A model generated the notes under the pieces. The model saw nothing but the letters and a program-made list of their open reading frames with translations, was not told the origin of the DNA and did no database searches. The translations under genes and the position numbers were made by a program. Of a stretch of 64,000 nucleotides of DNA, positions 61,201 through 64,000 are shown piece by piece. Within the stretch, counting starts at the first letter, position 1. Every line of letters starts with the position of its first letter. This DNA comes from Laetmonice hystrix (lineage: Eukaryota): the NCBI GenBank assembly GCA_965235115.1, contig OZ249440.1:31870001-31934000 (forward strand), given 5' to 3'.

Positions 61201-64000
61201 TAATGTCTGAGGGTCAGTCAGCCATATCATGGGGATTGGGAAGAGGGAGGGTGTTGGCTGAGTGGTTAGGGGTAACATCTGAGGGCCAGTCAACCATATC
61301 ATTGGGATTGGAAAGAGGGGGGAAGGTGTTGGCTGAGTGGTTAGGGTTAACGTCACATGGCCAGTTAGCCATATTATAGGGGTTCGGAATTCGAGTCATC
61401 TTATCATCATTTATGATCATTGTCATTACCCGTGGGGCCCGGGGAACAATAGGCCCCATTCGTTTCATCACCCTATGGGAGTGAGTGTGGGGAAGGTGTT
61501 GGTTGTGTGGCTAGAGGTAATGTCTGAGGGCCAGACAGCCACAGCATGTGGATTGGGAAGGGGATGAGATGTCGGCTAAGTGTTTGGAGGGAATGTCTGA
61601 AGACCAATTAGTCATGTCAGGGATTGGGAAGGGGGTATAGGATTGGTTGGAGGTGGTAGTATAGAAGAAAAACGAAAATAGCCCCAAAAAATCAAAAGAG
61701 AAAAAAATGAAACAAAAGTTTGTGGGTAATGGATGTCGCAGTACTGAGATATGTCTGCTAGGTGTTTATATCAAGGTTAATTTGATTTCGCTGTACTGGA
61801 GCGTCACTCTGGGTGGTTGGAGGTGGTAGTATAGAAGAAAAGGGGAAAAATACCCCAAAAATCACAAAAGAAAACAATGAAAAAAAGTTTGTTGGTGTTG
61901 ACCCTTCAGATGAAATATCTGCACTGTGTTACGACGCCACCCCTGCACACATGTAATTCTTGTCTTGTTGTAACTGAATGACTGTAGTAAAAATCAACAA
62001 TGATGAATTTGATTGAGTGGTTAGAGGTAATGTCTTAGGGCCAGACAGCCGTATCATGGGGATTAGGAAGAGGGGAAGGTGTTGGCTGAGTCGTTCGGGA
62101 TAATGTCTAAAGGCCAGTCGGCCATATCATGGAGATTGTGAAGGGATGAAGGTGTTGGCTGAGTGTTTCGGGGTAATGTCTGAGGGCCAGTCAGCCATAT
62201 CATGGGGATTGGGAAGAGGGAGGGTGTTGGCTGAGTGGTTCGGGGTAATGTCTAAGGGCCAGTCAGCCATATCATGGGGATTGGGAAGAGGGAGGGTGTT
62301 GGCTGAGTGGTTCGGGGTAATGTCTGAGGGACAGTCAGCCATATCATGGGGATTGAGAAGAGGGGGGTGTTGGCTGGGTGGTTCGGGGTAATGTCTAAGG
62401 GCCAGTCAGCCATATCATGGGGATTGGGAAGGGGGAGGGTGGTGGCTCAGTGGTTCCGGGTAATGTCTAAGGGCCAGTCAGCCATATCATGGGGATTGGG
62501 AAGAGGGAGGGTGTTGGCTGAGTGGTTCGAGGTAATGTCTAAGGGCCAGCCAGCCATATCATGGGGATTGGGAAGAGGGAGGCTGTTGGCTGAGTGGTTC
62601 GGGGTAATGTCTGAGGGCCAGTCAGCCATATCATGAGGATTGGGAAGAGGGAGGGTGTTGGCTGAGTGGTTCGGGGTAATGTCTGAGGGCCAGTCAGCCA
62701 TATCATGGGGATTGGGAAGAGGGAGGGTGTTGGCTGGGTGGTTCGGGGTAATGTCTGAGGGCTAGTCAGCAATATCATGGGGATTGGGAAGGGGGAGGGT
62801 GTTGGCTGGGTGGTTCCGGGTAATGTCTAAGGGCCAGTCAGCCATATCATGGGGATTGGGAAGAGGGAGGGTGTTGGCTGAGTGGTTCGGGGTAATGTCT
62901 GAGGGCCAGTCAGCCATATCATGGGGATTGGGAAGAGGGAGGGTGTTGTCTGAGTGGTTAGGGATAACATCTGAGGGCCACTCAACCATATCATTGGGAT
63001 TGGAAAGAGGGGGGAAGGTGTTGGCTGAGTGGTTAGGCTTAACGTCACATGGCCAGTTAGCCATATTATAGGGGTTTGGAATTCGAGTCATCTTATCATC
63101 ATTTATGATCATTGTCATTCCCCGTGGGGCCCGGGGAACAATAGGCCCCATTCGTTTCATCACCCTGTGGGAGTGAGTGTGGGGAAGGTGTTAGTTGTGT
63201 GGTTAGAGGTAATGTCTGAGGGCCAGACAGCCACAGCATGTGGATTGGGAAGGGGATGAGATGTCGGCTAAGTGTTTGGAGGGAATGTCTGAAGACCAAT
63301 TAGTCATGTCAGGGATTGGGAGGGGCGTATAGGATTGGTTGGAGGTGGTAGTATAGAAAAAAAACGAAAAATAGCCCCAAAAAATCAAAAGAGAAAAAAA
63401 TGAAACAACAGTTTGTGGGTAATGGATGTCGCAGTACTGAGATATGTCTGCTGGGTGTTTATATCAAGGTTAATTTGACTTCGCTGTACTGGAGCGTCAC
63501 TCTGGGTGGTTGGAGGTGGTAGTATAGAAGAAAAGGGGAAACATACCCAAAAAATCACAAAAGAAAACAATGAAAAAAAGTTTGTTGGTGTTGACCCTTC
63601 AGATGAAATATCTGCACTGTGTTACGACGCCACCCCTGCACACATGTAATTCTTGTCTTGTTGTAACTGAATGACTGTAGTAAAAATCAACAATGATGAA
63701 TTTGGTTGAGTGGTTAGAGGTAATGTCTTAGGGCCAGACAGCCGTATCATGGGGATTAGGAAGAGGGGAAGGTGTTGGCTGAGTCGTTCGGGATAATGTC
63801 TAAAGGCCAGTCGGCCATATCATGGAGATTGTGAAGGGATGAAGGTGTTGGCTGAGTGGTTCGGGGTAATGTCTGAGGGCCAGTCAGCCATATCATGAGG
63901 ATTGGGAAGGGGGAGGGTGTTGGCTGAGTGGTTCGGGGTAATGTCTCAGGGACAGTCAGCCATATCATGGGGATTGGGAAGAGGGAGGGTGTTGGCTGGG
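49290..64000 (+). repeat. Satellite: 72-bp monomers in 1.5-2.1-kb higher-order repeats, running off the right edge
   Basis: Monomer GGGGATTGGGAAGAGGGAGGGTGTTGGCTGAGTGGTTCGGGGTAATGTCTGAGGGCCAGTCAGCCATATCAT; eight copies of a ~640-bp spacer. Confidence 0.98.

Noticed and set aside
49282..63968. Long repetitive ORFs (MADWPSDITPNHSANTLPLPNPHD etc.)
   Set aside because: A 72-bp unit opens frames on both strands by chance; frequent 1-bp indels and stops show no frame conservation.
49290..64000. CRISPR-like repeat-spacer array
   Set aside because: Eukaryotic context, contiguous monomers, repeated rather than unique spacers, and no cas genes.

Overview
Eukaryotic (invertebrate animal-type) genomic DNA, almost entirely repeats. 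The one host gene I can recognise is alpha-catenin: its first coding exon lies on the minus strand at 3051-3170 and is missed by the ORF track. A possible promoter and untranslated first exon lie ~16 kb upstream at ~19240-19530. The putative intron and upstream DNA are packed with non-autonomous DNA transposons whose ends and target-site duplications (TSDs) can be read directly. These include hAT-like elements with 5-, 6- and 8-bp TSDs, plus PIF/Harbinger, Kolobok, piggyBac-like, Tc1/mariner/pogo, MULE, ISL2EU-like, Sola2 and Academ elements. One stack is nested five deep inside a 42-bp minisatellite (7951-18446). Decayed coding remnants include a spliced Academ XPG/Cys-finger gene, a Sola2 transposase split by a solo LTR, Harbinger and mariner transposases, a THAP domain, Gypsy integrase and protease-RT, and a LINE endonuclease. 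The most unusual items are a ~285-nt strongly base-paired candidate RNA inside a MITE (3864-4150), a 334-bp tandem array of Pol III A/B-box units (46027-47320), and a >14.7-kb hierarchical satellite (49290-64000) whose 72-bp monomer pairs a G-quadruplex motif with a hairpin. All family assignments come from motifs, termini and TSDs read by eye; no database searches were run.
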